DNA of 61,366 nucleotides, counting the filler, from Chiloscyllium plagiosum (Eukaryota): NCBI RefSeq assembly GCF_004010195.1. It is 3 parts of one record of this genome, joined end to end, with 100 filler letters (N's around TTAATTAATTAA, not from the genome) between each part and the next. Parts side by side here need not be neighbours in the genome. Positions count along the whole stretch, not along the records: positions 28,494 to 42,626 come from NC_057717.1; positions 42,727 to 61,366 come from NC_057717.1; 1 more part is not named here. One strand, 5' to 3'. Below are positions 38,672-52,200 of this stretch, piece by piece. The translations under genes were made by a program, and so were the position numbers. The notes beneath the pieces were generated by a model. It saw only the letters and a list, made by a program, of their open reading frames with translations, did no database searches and was not told the origin of the DNA. How positions within the stretch are numbered: position 1 is the first letter of the stretch; each line of letters opens with the position of its first letter.

Positions 38672-40479
38672 GTAAGCCCATCTCTGTCGATTCTATAAAC
38701 GATGGTGGAAGTTATTGCTATTTCAGTTATTTATATTTAGCATATGCATAAACTATTATCTTCGGTCTCAGTCACAAACTCCACTTCATTTCGATCAATT
38801 TCAGACTCCTCACACATAAACATCTAAGAAGAACAAAATTGTTCAGACACTTGAGTCTTCCTTTTACCCTCAATTGTTTATCTATATTTTCTCTGCCATC
38901 AATCTTGCCCACACCCACCTCTATAATATCCCCACTCTCCAGCTCTGCCTCAGTGCTGTTGTTGAAGTAGCCGTCATCTTCCCCCTTGTTAACTTCAGAA
39001 CGGCTCCAGCTCTCTTCTGACCTCTCCTCCAATTGCAGATATTTTGAACACATACTTGTTCTTGTCTCTCCAGCTATTCCATAATAAGGACCCCATATCT
39101 GAGTAATAATGCCACTGGACGGGTAATTTAGAGGCACAGGTTATGACATTAAAGGCATTGTTTCAAATCCTCTCACAGCCAATGACAGAACTTAAATTCG
39201 AATGACAAAAATTGGAATGAAATCACATTTTACTAATTGCAACCATAAACCATCTGGATCTCTTTCATTATTTCACTTACAGCCTTTGGTAAAGAAACTA
39301 AGTGTGACTTCAGAACCACGACCACATAGTTGGTTCCGTATTGTCTTGACAAATGGCCTCACAGTCAAGGGAAGTTAGTGATGGTCAACAAATGCTGATC
39401 TTGCCGGTGATGCTGACATCCCATGAAATAAAAGCATTAAAGGTGAAATAAACCAAGGAACTGTAGATGCTGAAGATTTGAAATAAAATTCTTCAGCACC
39501 TGAAGATTCCGGAGAATCTCAGCAAGTATGGCAGCTTCTGTCACAAGAAAAACAAATAAAGTTTCAAGTCTAGTGACCCTATATCAACACCGAAACCAAC
39601 TGAAAAATAATATTTATATCAGGGATGGCTGGATGAGTGGGGGGGTGGGGGGGGGGGGGGAGATTAGTCGACTGGATTGAGAAATGTCAAGCAAGATATA
39701 GAGACAAAGAGAGAAAAATGAAAAGCAAACAAAGGGATTGCTGATAATGAAGTAGAGGGAAAATAAAAAGGGAGCGTCATATATCCTAAACCCTTTCCCC
39801 ATATTCCTGAATATCACGTCAATCTAGATATGCCATGTTTAAAGTGAGTTATATTCCCTCTATTGCTCTTCTCTGAGTGTGGTGATCAACTCCATTAGCC
39901 ATACTTGTGCTGCCGTTATAGTCGCTGAGGTACAGCGTCAATGTCACATTGTCAACACCTTCTTAAGAGAAAGGGACTGTTACTGTTGGACTGTTAGAGA
40001 TGTAACGGCAATTTTCTGACAGAAAGAAAAGTATTTTCAACAAGCAGTGTGTGCACTGTGTTTGTGGGAATTAGACTTGCGCCAGTCATTACACAGTAAA
40101 GGGAGATTCTGTGGACGCTTTTCTCAGGTTTGTGTTATCAGCTGCTGCATGCATTCAGAGAGGCCAAGGTCTGGTGACCCCACTCTGGACACTGCATTTA
40201 CAGAGTGTCTGGGTCCATGGGAAACAAATGGAGCTGAGACTACACAGAAGGGAAACTCTGTACAGGTGGAGGGGCTGGGTATTGTACTGTCCTCCCTGGG
40301 ATTTCCAGGAATATCTTTCAAAGCTGAAACAGTTCCAAATGTAAAATCCGAAACTTTCAAAAATGAGGATAGTCACTAAGCTGTATCATCTGTAGCCTCA
40401 CGCCAGGGACAGAACTGTACTGACACTCACTATGAAGTGAACAGGATTAATTCTGGAATATTCCAGACAGGAGCTGTTA

Positions 40480-41620
40480 ACATATTCGTCATCTCCGAAG
40501 TGCAGTCCTCCGAAATATTCACTCATCTGCCAGCTGAGAGGAAAACATTGAGTCCATCTCCCTGAGGAAGGTACACAGGCAAACTTTCAGATATACTAGG
40601 GAACAGGGGGACTGATGAAAATGACGACCTGCACAAAACTAGAATGAAGAGTATGTTTTTGAAAATCTAATCGAATTGAAGTTTGGTAAGGTGCTGCATC
40701 TGATGAGTACCATCCTGGAGTATTGAGGAGGTGGCAACAGTACTAGCAAAAGAATTAATGATTATTCTTCAAAGCTGGTTACATTCTAGAAAGGATCCTG
40801 CAGACTGGAAAGCAGCAATTGTCATCCTAAATATTTAAAACAGGCTGGAGAGGGCAAACAGAAAACTAAATAGCTTGCTGTCAGCAGTAAGAAAAAAAAA
40901 CATTGGGATCTTTTATAAGAATGTGGCAACTAGACACCTGGAAAATAATGATATGATTTGATAGATTTGGCCCAGATTCAGTGAAGAGAAATGATCTTTG
41001 CTAAACCTGCTGGGGTTTGTGGAGTCTGTCTTTTGTGTCATTGAAAATTGAGAACCAGCCGAAGTGGAGTAATTGAATTTTCAGAAGGCGTTTGACATTG
41101 TTGAATGCAGGTTGTTGGAGAATGTTAGAGTCCATGGGTAGGTAATGGTGGAATATACGCCATATGTATTAAAAATTAGATCATCGACAAAATGAATAGA
41201 GTACTGTTTTTGTCTCTGGACGGAAGGCTTGTAGGGTATCAGAAGGATCAGGTCTTGTGCAATAGCTGTGTACAAGGTATAAAAATGATTCAGATGTGAA
41301 CAGCAAACACCATCATTCACATTTAAGTTTATTAAATGGTGAGAGGTTGGGAAGGGCTGTTGTTGCAAAGGGCCTGGATGTCTTTGGTTATAAGTCACGA
41401 ACAGAATTCGTATGGGGCAGGAAGTAATTACTACTGTAAAGGATATGTGGTCCGTCATGGAAAATTATTAAAGTACTAGAGTAAATATATCTTACTCAAT
41501 GGAAGTGTTTTGTTGAGCCAGTATTTGGAATAATGTGTACAGGCTGAGTCTGCTTTATAAATAATGATCTCCACGTCACCGAGACAGTGCAATGGAGTTT
41601 CACCAGACTGAACCCTGACA
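40480..41620 (+). mobile_element. Old CR1 in the GPCR intron (paralog ~46940-47900 -)
   Basis: CCTGCAGACTGGAAAGCAGCAATTG (PADWK) and AATTTTCAGAAGGCGTTTGAC (FQKAFD). Confidence 0.7.
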
Positions 41621-42626
41621 TGATGGTACCATCAGGAGATATTGCAGTAACTATGTGTTTAACCTGTAGCACTGTGACAGAACAAGAAGTTGAAAATTGA
41701 TGGTTATGAACAGACGCTCAGTATTCTCAAGCAGCCATTGATAAGGTGAAAAATTCTATACTTTCCATGTGATGCTCGATTCTTGATAGTTTGCATGCCT
41801 ATGCAGAGGACTCGTTTCGATTGTCAGTGAGGTACAGGCTCTGAATGAACTCTGAACACTTTCGTGCACAGTTACTGTGTGACCCTGCATTCAATGTTAC
41901 CTTGTACACAATCCTGTCAGAAGCCACAATACCTTCATTCTGAAACAGTTTCTCATTCGCCACCAGCTTCTGACTTCCAGAGAAAACATGGATCTGCTCT
42001 CTCAGCGAGGAAAATACCTTTGAAACTGGTTAAAAAAATTGGCTTCTTTCCTACTCCCAGGAAACAATGTTAACGTAACACATGTGTACTATGAGTCATG
42101 AAACCTCGAGGAACAAGGTGGAGCAGTCTATCTGTGCAGACCCTGCTCCATTTGTCTGTGATGTTGGAGCATCTCTGACACCTTCCTGTTCCTTGGTTAG
42201 TGACTAGAGAATCTGAATGATTTATTCCTTTTCCGTTTTAATGACTTTGGGTGTGAAATGTTTACTTTCTGATCCTGTGTAAGTGATGAGTGGGAGACTG
42301 CTTGTCTTCCTATGTAACAGGCAGGAGGAATGAATGGGCTGTCCCTCTTTTTGCACAATAGCTTTGGTGGGCTGAATGACTATCCCATATTCTTGTGAAG
42401 CCAGATTGCGGCACTGAGTGAACTCCTCCGTTTACTGTGGAAATGTGCAGGGTCTGACAGAGCTGATCCATGAATGTTACCAACGGTTTGGCAGCACAGG
42501 CTTGATTGCTGTCCAGCTTTTGTTGAGCATGGACACAGACTACTTTAGGAACTGAGGGATGACGGAAGTATTCTGAACATTGTGTAACCTAGAGTGAATA
42601 TCCCCACTTCTGTCCGGTGTCAAGTC

Positions 42627-42726
42627 NNNNNNNNNNNNNNNNNNNNNNNNNNNNNNNNNNNNNNNNNNNNTTAATTAATTAANNNNNNNNNNNNNNNNNN
42701 NNNNNNNNNNNNNNNNNNNNNNNNNN
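42627..42726. other. Artificial scaffold linker N44-TTAATTAATTAA-N44
   Basis: Same 100-bp design as 28394-28493. Confidence 0.95.
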
Positions 42727-43110
42727 GAGAGGTCTAGGAAGGGGAGGGAGGAGTCTGCGACGGTCCAGGTAAATTTGAGGTTGAGGTGGAAGGTGTTAGT
42801 AAAGTGGACGAACTGTTCAACCTCCTCGTGGGAGCACGAGGTAGCGCCGATACAGTCATCAATGTAGCGGAGCAAAAGCTGGAGGGTGGTGTCAGTGTAG
42901 CTGGACTCTTCCACATATCCTTTGAAGAGGCAGGCATAGCTGGGGCCCATGCGGGTGCCCATGGCTACTCCTTTGGTTTGGAGGAAGTGGGAGGATTGGA
43001 AAGACAAGTTGTTCGGAGTGAGGACCAGTTCAGTCAGTCGAAGGAGGGTGTCAGTGGAAGGGTACTGGTTGGTCCGGCCGGAAAGGAAGAAGCGGAGGGC
43101 TTTGAGGCCT
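42727..43110 (-). mobile_element. Penelope-like reverse transcriptase fragment
   Basis: LTELVLTPNN..FLQTKGVAMGTRMGPSYACLF..LRYIDDCIG..LKFTW..LPFLDL. Confidence 0.92.
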
Positions 43111-43904
43111 AGTGACGTTATTTGTTCCAAAAGAAATGGCTGGGTGTCCAACAGCAGCAGTGATGTACCTACATGGAGCAGGGAATGTGATGGAGTCACA
43201 TTCAAACACTGTTCAAACAGACTTCATTTGGTCCAGTTTGGGGCCGGATAACTTTATTGTGTTATTCAACTCAAAGAGGGAGGAAATTCATCTTTCTTGC
43301 GAAGTAACAGCCTGTTGCTCCCCTCTCTCTGTTCCTCTTCCCAGCAATGTGTGTGAGCTGAAAACACCTCAGTCGGTCTATACCTATCATGGAGTATTCC
43401 TGTGGAGGATTGATTGGAATCGCCACACTGCCTGAAGTAAAGGCAATCCAACTAAATCCACCTGTTCCAGGAAGTTATCCCATTACCAGTAGCTTGTAAG
43501 AGCAGAATAGATCCATAAGCTGAATGGTGTTTGGAACTATCACTCATGTTTCCTTTTGTCATGAGTTCAATTAATATTTGGGCACAGTTCTTTCATGTTA
43601 ACGAGATTATATTTTTCAGTTTGTCATCAAACGTGTGCATGTGTCAGTATTTTAGAAAGGGAAACATCGACGCGCAGATTTACAATTGCCAAACTATTTG
43701 TCATTCATCTTTCCATCCTAGTTTGAGTAACTTTGTTTCGGTCATAATCTTATTAATGTTAGCAGATTAAAGAATCCTGCTGATTTGTTCCTAATCCTCA
43801 CACAGTCTAAGACCTATATTGTTGATCATATCACCAACCCGGTTACATTAACATTTGCACTGAGCAGCGGAAGCGTGGTACGAGGAAATGGAATAGTCGC
43901 CTGA

Positions 43905-45240
43905 ACTAAAGAACAGTGAGCCTGACGTCATTGGTCGCCATATTGTTGGAGAGCATTGAGAGGGGCAGGATTTACATGTATTTGCAAATGCAACAACTGA
44001 TGAAGGATAGTCAACATGGCTTTGAGCATGGGGAATCATTTCTAACAAAGTTGATTGCATTTTGTGAAGAGGTGACAAAGAAGATTGATGATGGCAGTGT
44101 GGTAGACGCTGTCCATATAGATTCAGCAAGGCAGTCGACAGGATCCCACAAGGCAGGCAAGTTAGTACAGTTAGGTCATAAATAGATCCAAGATAAGCTA
44201 GCCAATTGACGACAAAATTAGAGTGAAGGTCGGAGACAGAAGTGGCAAAGGACTGTTTTTCAGACTGGGGGCCTATCACCAGTGATGTGCCAGAAAGAGC
44301 CGTACTGAAACCACTGCTTTTCATTATTTATATAAATGATTTGAATGTGAATATTTGCCTGTTTATTGTGTTTACACATGACATTAAAATTGGAGGTGCA
44401 ATGGCCAGCAAGGTTTACCTCAGAGTACAATGAGACCTTCGTCAGATGGGCCAATGGGCCAAGGAGTGATAGATGGAGTTAAATTTAAATAAATGTGAAG
44501 TATTGCGTTTGGTAAGGTAAAATAGGGAAAGACATATACAATTAATGGTGAGGTCATGGGGAGCATTATTGAACAAAAGGGCCCACGATCATAGATCCTT
44601 GAAAGCGAAGCCACAGGTAGACAGGGTGGTGAAGGTGGGGTTTCGTATGCTTGCTTTTATTGATCAGTGCATTGAGTATGCGAGTTGGGAGATCACGTTG
44701 CGACTGGGCAGGATTTTGCTGAGGCCAGATTTAGAATACTGTGTTTAATTCAGTTCGCTCTCCTACAGGAAGGATGTTGTTAAACTTGATAGGGCGCAGA
44801 AAATATGTACAATGATATTGCCGGGCATGGAAGGATTAGGCTACAGGGAGAGGCTGGACAGATTGAGGCTTGTTTACTCTGGAGCATCGGAGGCTGAGGC
44901 GTGACATTATAGAGGTTTATAAAATCATGAGGAAAATGGATAATCTGAATAGCCAAGGTCTTTTCTCCCACGTTAGCGGACTCCAAAGCTATAGGACAAA
45001 GGCTTTCGCTGAGAGGAGAAAGATAGTAAAGTGTCAATGTTTTCAGATTGTGTAGTGTGTATGGAATGAGCTCTCAGAGAAAGTGATGGAGGCTGGCACA
45101 GTTGCAACATTTAAAAGGCATCTGCATATGCATATTAATAGGAAGGATTTAGAGGAATATGGGCCTAATGCTGACAAGTAGGACTAGATCAGATTGGGAT
45201 GTCTGAGTTATGTGGACAGGTCTCCGTGCTGCATGACACT
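43905..45240 (+). mobile_element. CR1 LINE, RT to 3' end
   Basis: DSQHGF..FCEEVTKKIDDG; LLFIIYINDL; RPDLEYCV; RLRRDIIEVYKIM. Confidence 0.88.
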
Positions 45241-48200
45241 GTAAGGGAGATGAGGAGAAATTCTAAAAGGACCATTTGAGTGGGAATTCTTTTCTCCAGA
45301 GGTATGTGGTGTCTCTTTGTTCACATTTATCCAAAGCTTAGTTAGTTAAATATTTGACAGAAAAGTGAGTCACAGATGATGGGATACTGACAGGAAAGTG
45401 GGGCTGAGACCACAACCTGATCAGCCACATTCGTAGTGCCTAGTGGAGAAGGTTCATTGTGTCTAACGATCTAATCCTGCTCCTGTTTTGATGTTCCATT
45501 CAGACCCTCCAACTTGCTTGACAGATGCAGTTGGAGGCCACTTACTGCTATAGCTTCCCTGACTCTCTGGAATAGAGAATTGCTGACATTCACTACCCCC
45601 GTTTGAAGAATTCACTGCCTGCTGCTACACGATGCCCTATTGATATGAGTAAATAGAGGTGAATACAAGGACTTAGCAAAGAGCGACTGGCCCTGATATC
45701 AAGGCAGTTTTTAACATCAAGGAGTCTGAGCAAAATTATACTTCATCAGAATCCATTGCAAACTCTCCATTGTTTGGAGCCATCCACATCACAATGGAAC
45801 ATGTTGATCATCGGTGGGCATCAATTATCTCAGCCGTGGGACATCTCTGCAGGAGGTCCTCAGGGTAGCTACCTCAGCCCAGGCATCCCCAGTTTGTCAG
45901 CAGGGAATTCCTGCTGTGAGGAAGCAGACCATTCATCCCATTGAGCCCACATCGATCAGAAGTGGGGATATTTACTGTACGTTACACAATACTCAGAAAG
46001 CTTCATCATCCTTGACCTCCTGATGCAGTCTGTGTCCATGTCCAACAAGACTTAGACAGCGTTCAAGCCTGTGCTGTTAAACTGTAGGTTACATTCATGA
46101 AATAGCGCTGCTCATGTCCACAGTAATCGGAGGAGTTCACTCAGTACCTCAATCTGGCTTCACAGGAATATGGGTAAGTCATTCGGCACATCAAAACTAC
46201 TGGACAAGAAGAGGGATAGCCCATTCAATCCCTTCTGCCTTTATGCAGGAAGACAAGGAGTCTGCTCACTCCCCTACATCTTTTGCACGGGATCAGCAAG
46301 TGACCATTTCACACCTAGAGTCGTTTACAAAGGAACAGGAAGAGGCCATTCAGCTTCTCAAGATATAACACAGGAACAGGAAAGTGTCAGAGATGCTTCA
46401 GCATAACAAACAAATGGAGCAGGAACTGCACAGATGGACTGTTCTATGGTGTTCCCCGTGGCTTCATTATTCGTAGTGCATCAGGGTTATGTTAGCATGC
46501 TTTTCTGGCAGTGGGAATGAAGCTATTTTTTAACGAGTCTCAAAGGCATCTTCCGTCGCTGAGAGAGCAGACATATGTTCTCTCTGGAATTCAGAAGCTG
46601 GTGGGGGATGGCTAACTGTTTCGGAATGAAGGTATTGTGGCTACTGACAGGATTATGGACAATGTAACGTTGAGTGGAGGGTCACACGGTAACTGTGAAT
46701 TACAGTGTTCAGAGTTCATTCGAGCCTGTACCTCTCTGTTAATCGAAATGAGATCTATGCACTGGCACGTCAACTATTGGGAATCAAGCATCCTCTGGAA
46801 AGTGCGAAATTTCTCACCTTATCATTGGCTGCTTGGGACAAAATGAATGTCTGTCCATAACCGTCAAGTTTCACCTTCGTCTTCTCTCACAGTGCTACAG
46901 GTTAACTACATAGTTACTGCTCTCTCTCCTCATGATACCACCATGCCAGGATCATTATTTATGAAGTAGACTCAGTCTGTACATAATGCTCTTTCAACAA
47001 AACACTACCATTGAGTAAGGTATATTTACTGTGGTACTTCAAGTATTTTGCATGAAAGACCAGATATCATTTCCAGTTATAATTACTTACTGTCCCATCT
47101 GAATTCTGTTAGTGACTTATAACCAAGGACATCCAGGTCCATTTCAACAACAGAACTTCCCAGCCTCTCACCATTTAATAAATGTAAATGAGAATCATTT
47201 TATTTGTTGTTCCCACTTGAATCATGTTATGCCATGCGAACAGCTATTGCCCAAGCACTGATCCTTCTGAAACCCCACAAGCCTTCCACCCACAGAAAAA
47301 CTACTCTCTTCATTTTGCCCATTATCCAATTTTTAATCCATTCTGTGTGTTTCACCCCTACCTACCCATGGACTCTAACATTCCCCACTCACCAGTATTC
47401 AACCGTGTCAAATGTTTTCTGAAAATTCAAATCCCCCACTGGTTGTCAATTTTCGTTGGTCAATTGCAGCAGGTTTATCAAAGATCATTTCCCTTTCCTG
47501 AATCTGGGCTGACTCTACCAAATCATTTCATTATTTTCCAAATGTCTAGTTGTCACATTCCTTATAAAATGTTACAATGTTTTTCTTACAGCTGACATCA
47601 AACTATTTAGTTTTCTGTTTGCCCTCTCCGTCCTGTTTTAAATATTTAGGTTTACAATAGCTGTTTTCCAGTCTGCAGGATCCTTTCGAGAATCTAACCA
47701 GCTTTGACGAATAGTCAGTAGTTCTTTCACTCGCTCTGTTTCCACCTCCTCAATACTCGGGGATTTAGCTCATCAGTTCCAGCAAAATATCAATATTCAA
47801 TTCGATTAGGTTTTCTAAGACATTCTCTTTATTAATTCTAAATTCGTGCAGCCCCTCATTTTCACCAGGACCCTGTTCCCTAGTATTTCTGGAAGTTCGT
47901 TTCTGCAACTTTTTCTGTTGAGACAGAATCAATGCATTCCTCTCAGCAGGCAGGTGGCTTCTATCAGCTAGTGAAATATCGGAGGACTGCACTCCGGTTA
48001 TGTTACGCACTCCTGCCTGGAAAGTTCCAGACACAATCCAATCCACTTCATTGTGATGGATATGTCATCCACACATGCCTGGAAATTTCCAGAAACATTC
48101 TAGTTCACTTCATGGTGAGTGTCAGCACAGTCCTGGTGTGCGTTTGAAGGAGGGGACACAGCTCAGTCGCCACCTCATTTTTTAAAGACGCTGGTTTCAC

Positions 48201-49580
48201 ATTTTAAACTTGGAATAGGTCCAGCTTAGACACATGTTATTGGAAATTCCTGGTAGGATCATACAGTTACATCTCTGCACAGTCCGACAGTTACAGTTCC
48301 CTTCTCCAAAAAAAATCAGTTGACAATGTGGCATTCCGTTTCTTTTCTTCTCTGCAACTATAAGGCCGGCACCAGTATTGCCGATGGAGTTGATCACCAC
48401 ACTCAGAGAATAAAGACAGAGGGAATATAACTCAACTTAAACAGGGACACATCTAAATTGACATGATATTCAGGAATATGGGAAAAGGGGAAATTTTAGA
48501 GTAAGCTCCCATGTTATTTCCCTTCTGGCTGATTATCAGCAGTTCCTATGTTGGCCTTTCTTTTCTCTCTCTCTCTCCCTCTCTCTCTTTCTCGCTGGGC
48601 ATTTCTACATCCACTCAACTACGTCCCCCTCGCACATCCGACCATCCCTGATATAAATAACATTATTTCCCAGTTGCTTTCAGTTGTGATATAAGGTCAC
48701 TAGATTCGAAACTTTATCTGTTTTTCTCCTGACAGAGCTGCCATACTTACTTAGATTCTCCAATATTTTCAGACGCTGGGGAATTTTATTTCAGATCTCC
48801 ATCATCCACAGTTCCTTGGTTTATTTCACCTTTAATTCGGTTGTTTCACGAGATGTCCGCATCACTGGCAAGGGCAGCATTTGTCATCCATCACTAATTG
48901 CTGTTGACTGCGAGACCATTTGTCAAGGCAATATGGAGCCAACCTTTTATTGTCACACTTGGTTTCTTCACCAAAGGCTATCAGTGAAATAATAAAAGAA
49001 ATCCTGATGGTTTATGGTTGCCGTTTGTAAAATAAGGTTTCCTTCCGATTGTTGCCATTTGAATTTAAGTTCAATCATTGATTCTAGTAGAATTTGAAAC
49101 AATGCCTTTAGAGACATAACACGGCCAGTGACATTATTACTGTGATATGAGGTCCCTATTGTGAAATAACTGTAGAGACAAGTGCAAGCTTGTGGTCAAT
49201 ACATTTGTAATTGGAAGAGTGGTCAGTAAAGAACTGGAGACGTAAAATCTGAAGTTAATAAGGCGGCAGATGATTGCTTATTCAGCAACAGCACTGAGGC
49301 AGAGCTGGAGACTGGGGATATTATAGTGGTGGGTGTAGGCAGGGTTGATAACAGAGAGAATATAGAGACATAAAACAGTTCAGGGCAAAAGGTAAAATCA
49401 AGGTCTGAACAGTCTTGTTCCTTCTTAGATGTTTATGAGTGAGGATTCGGAAATTGATAGAAATGAAGTGGAATTTGTGAATGAAACTGAAGATAACAGG
49501 TTATGTATTTGTTCTATATAATTAACAGAAATAGCAATAACCTTTACCATTGCTAAGATAATTAACAGAAATAGGCTTAC

Positions 49581-49713
49581 CAGGAACACCAATAATAGCG
49601 AGGATGGGATAGGAACCTGCCTGAATAATCATCAGTACAGCTCGTATCCTCAACTCTAACCATGCCCAATTCTGAGAAAGCAAGTATAGACCCAAGGACA
49701 AACTACTGTCCAT
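49581..49713 (-). CDS. Second GPCR first coding exon (paralog of 38539-38671); possibly pseudogenised
   Basis: MDSSLSLGLYLLSQNWAWLELRIRAVLMIIQAGSYPILAIIGVP plus G|GTAAGC; 36/44 aa and 116/133 nt identical to the + copy; upstream in-frame ATG (49755) is followed by TGA (49728-49726). Confidence 0.72.
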
Positions 49714-51614
49714 TGTTGGAACATTTCAGTCAAATGCTCTCAGATTCTGATTCATTGTTGGAACATCCCAGTCTTTTGTTCTAAGATTCTCTTCCTCTCC
49801 CTCTCCCTGTAGCTGCTGTGCCCAATCATCTTGAGGATGACGCTGCTGCTGATACTATGGAATAGCAGGTTGAAGGAAGCCCCTTAATAATAGAAGAGGG
49901 AAATCCTCTAATGACAGTTAGTATCCATGGAGACTGACATCAATCACAGTCAATGTACAAACAGTTCCTTTCACTTACAATTCTTATAAGTCACAATAAT
50001 ACTTGGTCTGGTTGGAATATTGACATCGCTGACTATTGGGCGAAAAGTATCATCTCCAATTGTAAAGTTAGAGGTGAGGCAGAGAGATTATGCTTTCTAT
50101 TCACCAGCTCGCTGATCCTACTATGTTGTGGCAGGGTCGGAATTGCTGGGTTACCAAGACCGGCTGTGTCTGATAACTAGGCCCGCTGCATCCTTTCGGT
50201 TTATTTATTTATGTTTAACTTTGACATTTATATTACCATCATGTAACGGCTTAGGTGAGGTTAGGCACTTTTGAGAGGCTCCTACAGTGGCATAAATGGT
50301 GTATATACAGCCCATTCCTTGTGGTCAATGCAGCTACGGCCTGGTCCTGTGGAATGACGGTCAAACTCTCACGGAACCAAGATTCTTAGTTTTACCTTTC
50401 ACCAGTTATTGCTGGGGTCTCAGCAGGGTTGGAAGGGTGGAAATCTTTCCTGGCTGCTACACATTCTCTCTGAGATTTCTCTCAGAATTGTCTTTTGATG
50501 TTCTTTCCTCCTGGATTGGGGAACTGCATGTGAGACAATCTGTTTCCTGAATTTGTTCTTTGACAAGTAACATAGGATGTTACCATATTGGAACAGTTAT
50601 TGTTTAGTAGTTAAACAATCTATTACTCTGATGTTTTGTGTTTGTCGACAGTGGTTGAGTGCATTGTGTTTTGCTTAATGTCGAATATTTTGACCAAGCG
50701 AATTGCATCTGAAACACAGCACCTCACATTTATGTTTAAAATAAGAAAATATTCCGTTCAGCACTACCGTCATCATATGTTTTGAAATGTGTCTGCTCAG
50801 TTCCATAACAAAAAGGACAGATATTCACGTTTTAATTGGCTAATTATTTAATGAGAAACATGTTGCAGAAACACAGGATTTAACAGCGGAATGCCCCATG
50901 CTGGAGAAGTGATAGCTCTATCACGAATTATATCGCAGAGTTAATCCACCTCACAGATGCAGCTCACACCGTATAAGCCCAGATGAGATATCTGCTCAAC
51001 ATGGAGCACTGTACAGACCAGTTTCAGTACAATCCAGCAATCAGTCCAGGGTGGAATATAGCACAGGTCTCTCCAGTCCACGACCTATCTGTCCAACACG
51101 TGGAGCAGTACAGTACACACCGATGCATTCATTCAGAAACACTGACGAAACGGTCTGTCCAGCATGGGGTGATATGCAGTCCAGACCAGAGTCTTGCTCT
51201 ATAGACGTGGACAAGGCATCTGTACAGTATGGGAATCTGTGCAGTGAATGGATCTGTAAACCTGGAGCAGTTACCGTCAAAGCAGCTGTTTTCACCACTC
51301 CAGTACATTGCTGAGCAACACTGAGTAGGATTTCTGCCCATAGTAAGGGGAAACTTGCAGACCATGGTGGAAGTGACAGGATGTGCAGCTTCCCGCCATT
51401 TAAAGCCCCATATGTCCATTGTGCCATGACAAGGGGGTGTTGTGGGTGTGAACGTCACAGCCAGAGACAGATGGCGGGGGAATCAGTTTAAATATCAACA
51501 AACAAAATAATTTTGGGGAAAAGAGGGAAAGGGAGATTGAGAGACAATTTCATGGAAGATCACAGGTTTCAGAATGCTGAAATGAAGATATTTTGACAGC
51601 AGCCAGCAACGCAA

Positions 51615-52200
51615 GCCTGAATTCCCAGGAATGATGGGTGAATGGGATATTGGTGTGAGTTCGGATGAAGGAGAGTTTTGGGTGAGCATTTGTTATTCAA
51701 CTTTGTAACTGGGAGTGGAGTCAGCAGATTCTTCAACTCATTGGGCAGAAACTAACAATAATTTATCTCAGTGCCATTTTCATTGAGTGTGACTGAGGGA
51801 TGATCTGTACCAGGCTGAGTTAGCTTCCTGGTGTTATCTTATCGAACTCACCTCATTAACTACCCATCCCACCCCACGGTGTCCCTCTCATTCAATACCA
51901 GCCTAATTCTCCCACCCTTCATGGCTGGAGGTAAACACCATCGCTTGGATGCCCCATGGATATTCTGTGATCCCTGGCACTGGTACCATCCTTAAAAGGC
52001 CAATTGGCAAACGGTTGAGCTTTCTCAGTTTGGAGCTGCCCTGCACAGTGGTGTGAGCTCACCGCCCTGCTCAGTGCAGGATCTGTGGTCTGAAGAAATG
52101 TCCAACAATACAGAACAGGCATCAATAACCTTCCCCATTCTGCCAGGATAAGTGTCACCATCCTCTCTCTGCTCCCGCACACTCATTGAAATCTGTTCTA
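51615..52200 (+). mobile_element. Probable Harbinger-type element 5' part with C-terminal half of the Myb fossil
   Basis: ~490 bp absent from copies 1 and 4 precedes CCATCCTTAAAAGG; ELTALLSAGSVV*RNVQQYRTGINNLPHSAR at ~52055-52150. Confidence 0.45.

Larger units (their letters stand above)
33456..42612. repeat. Left arm of older inverted duplication (partner 45957-55008)
   Basis: Anchors 33456/55008, 38539/49713, 42198/46367 and 42612/45957; about 75-85% by eye with indels. Confidence 0.92.

Noticed and set aside
38672..38751. C-terminal extension of the GPCR ORF (GKPISV..., also 49522-49580)
   Set aside because: Read-through past a consensus splice donor into intron; stops differ between copies.
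39639..39660. G/C tracts as functional G-quadruplexes (also 541-565 and 13675-13691)
   Set aside because: Copy-specific homopolymer expansions not kept in paralogs.
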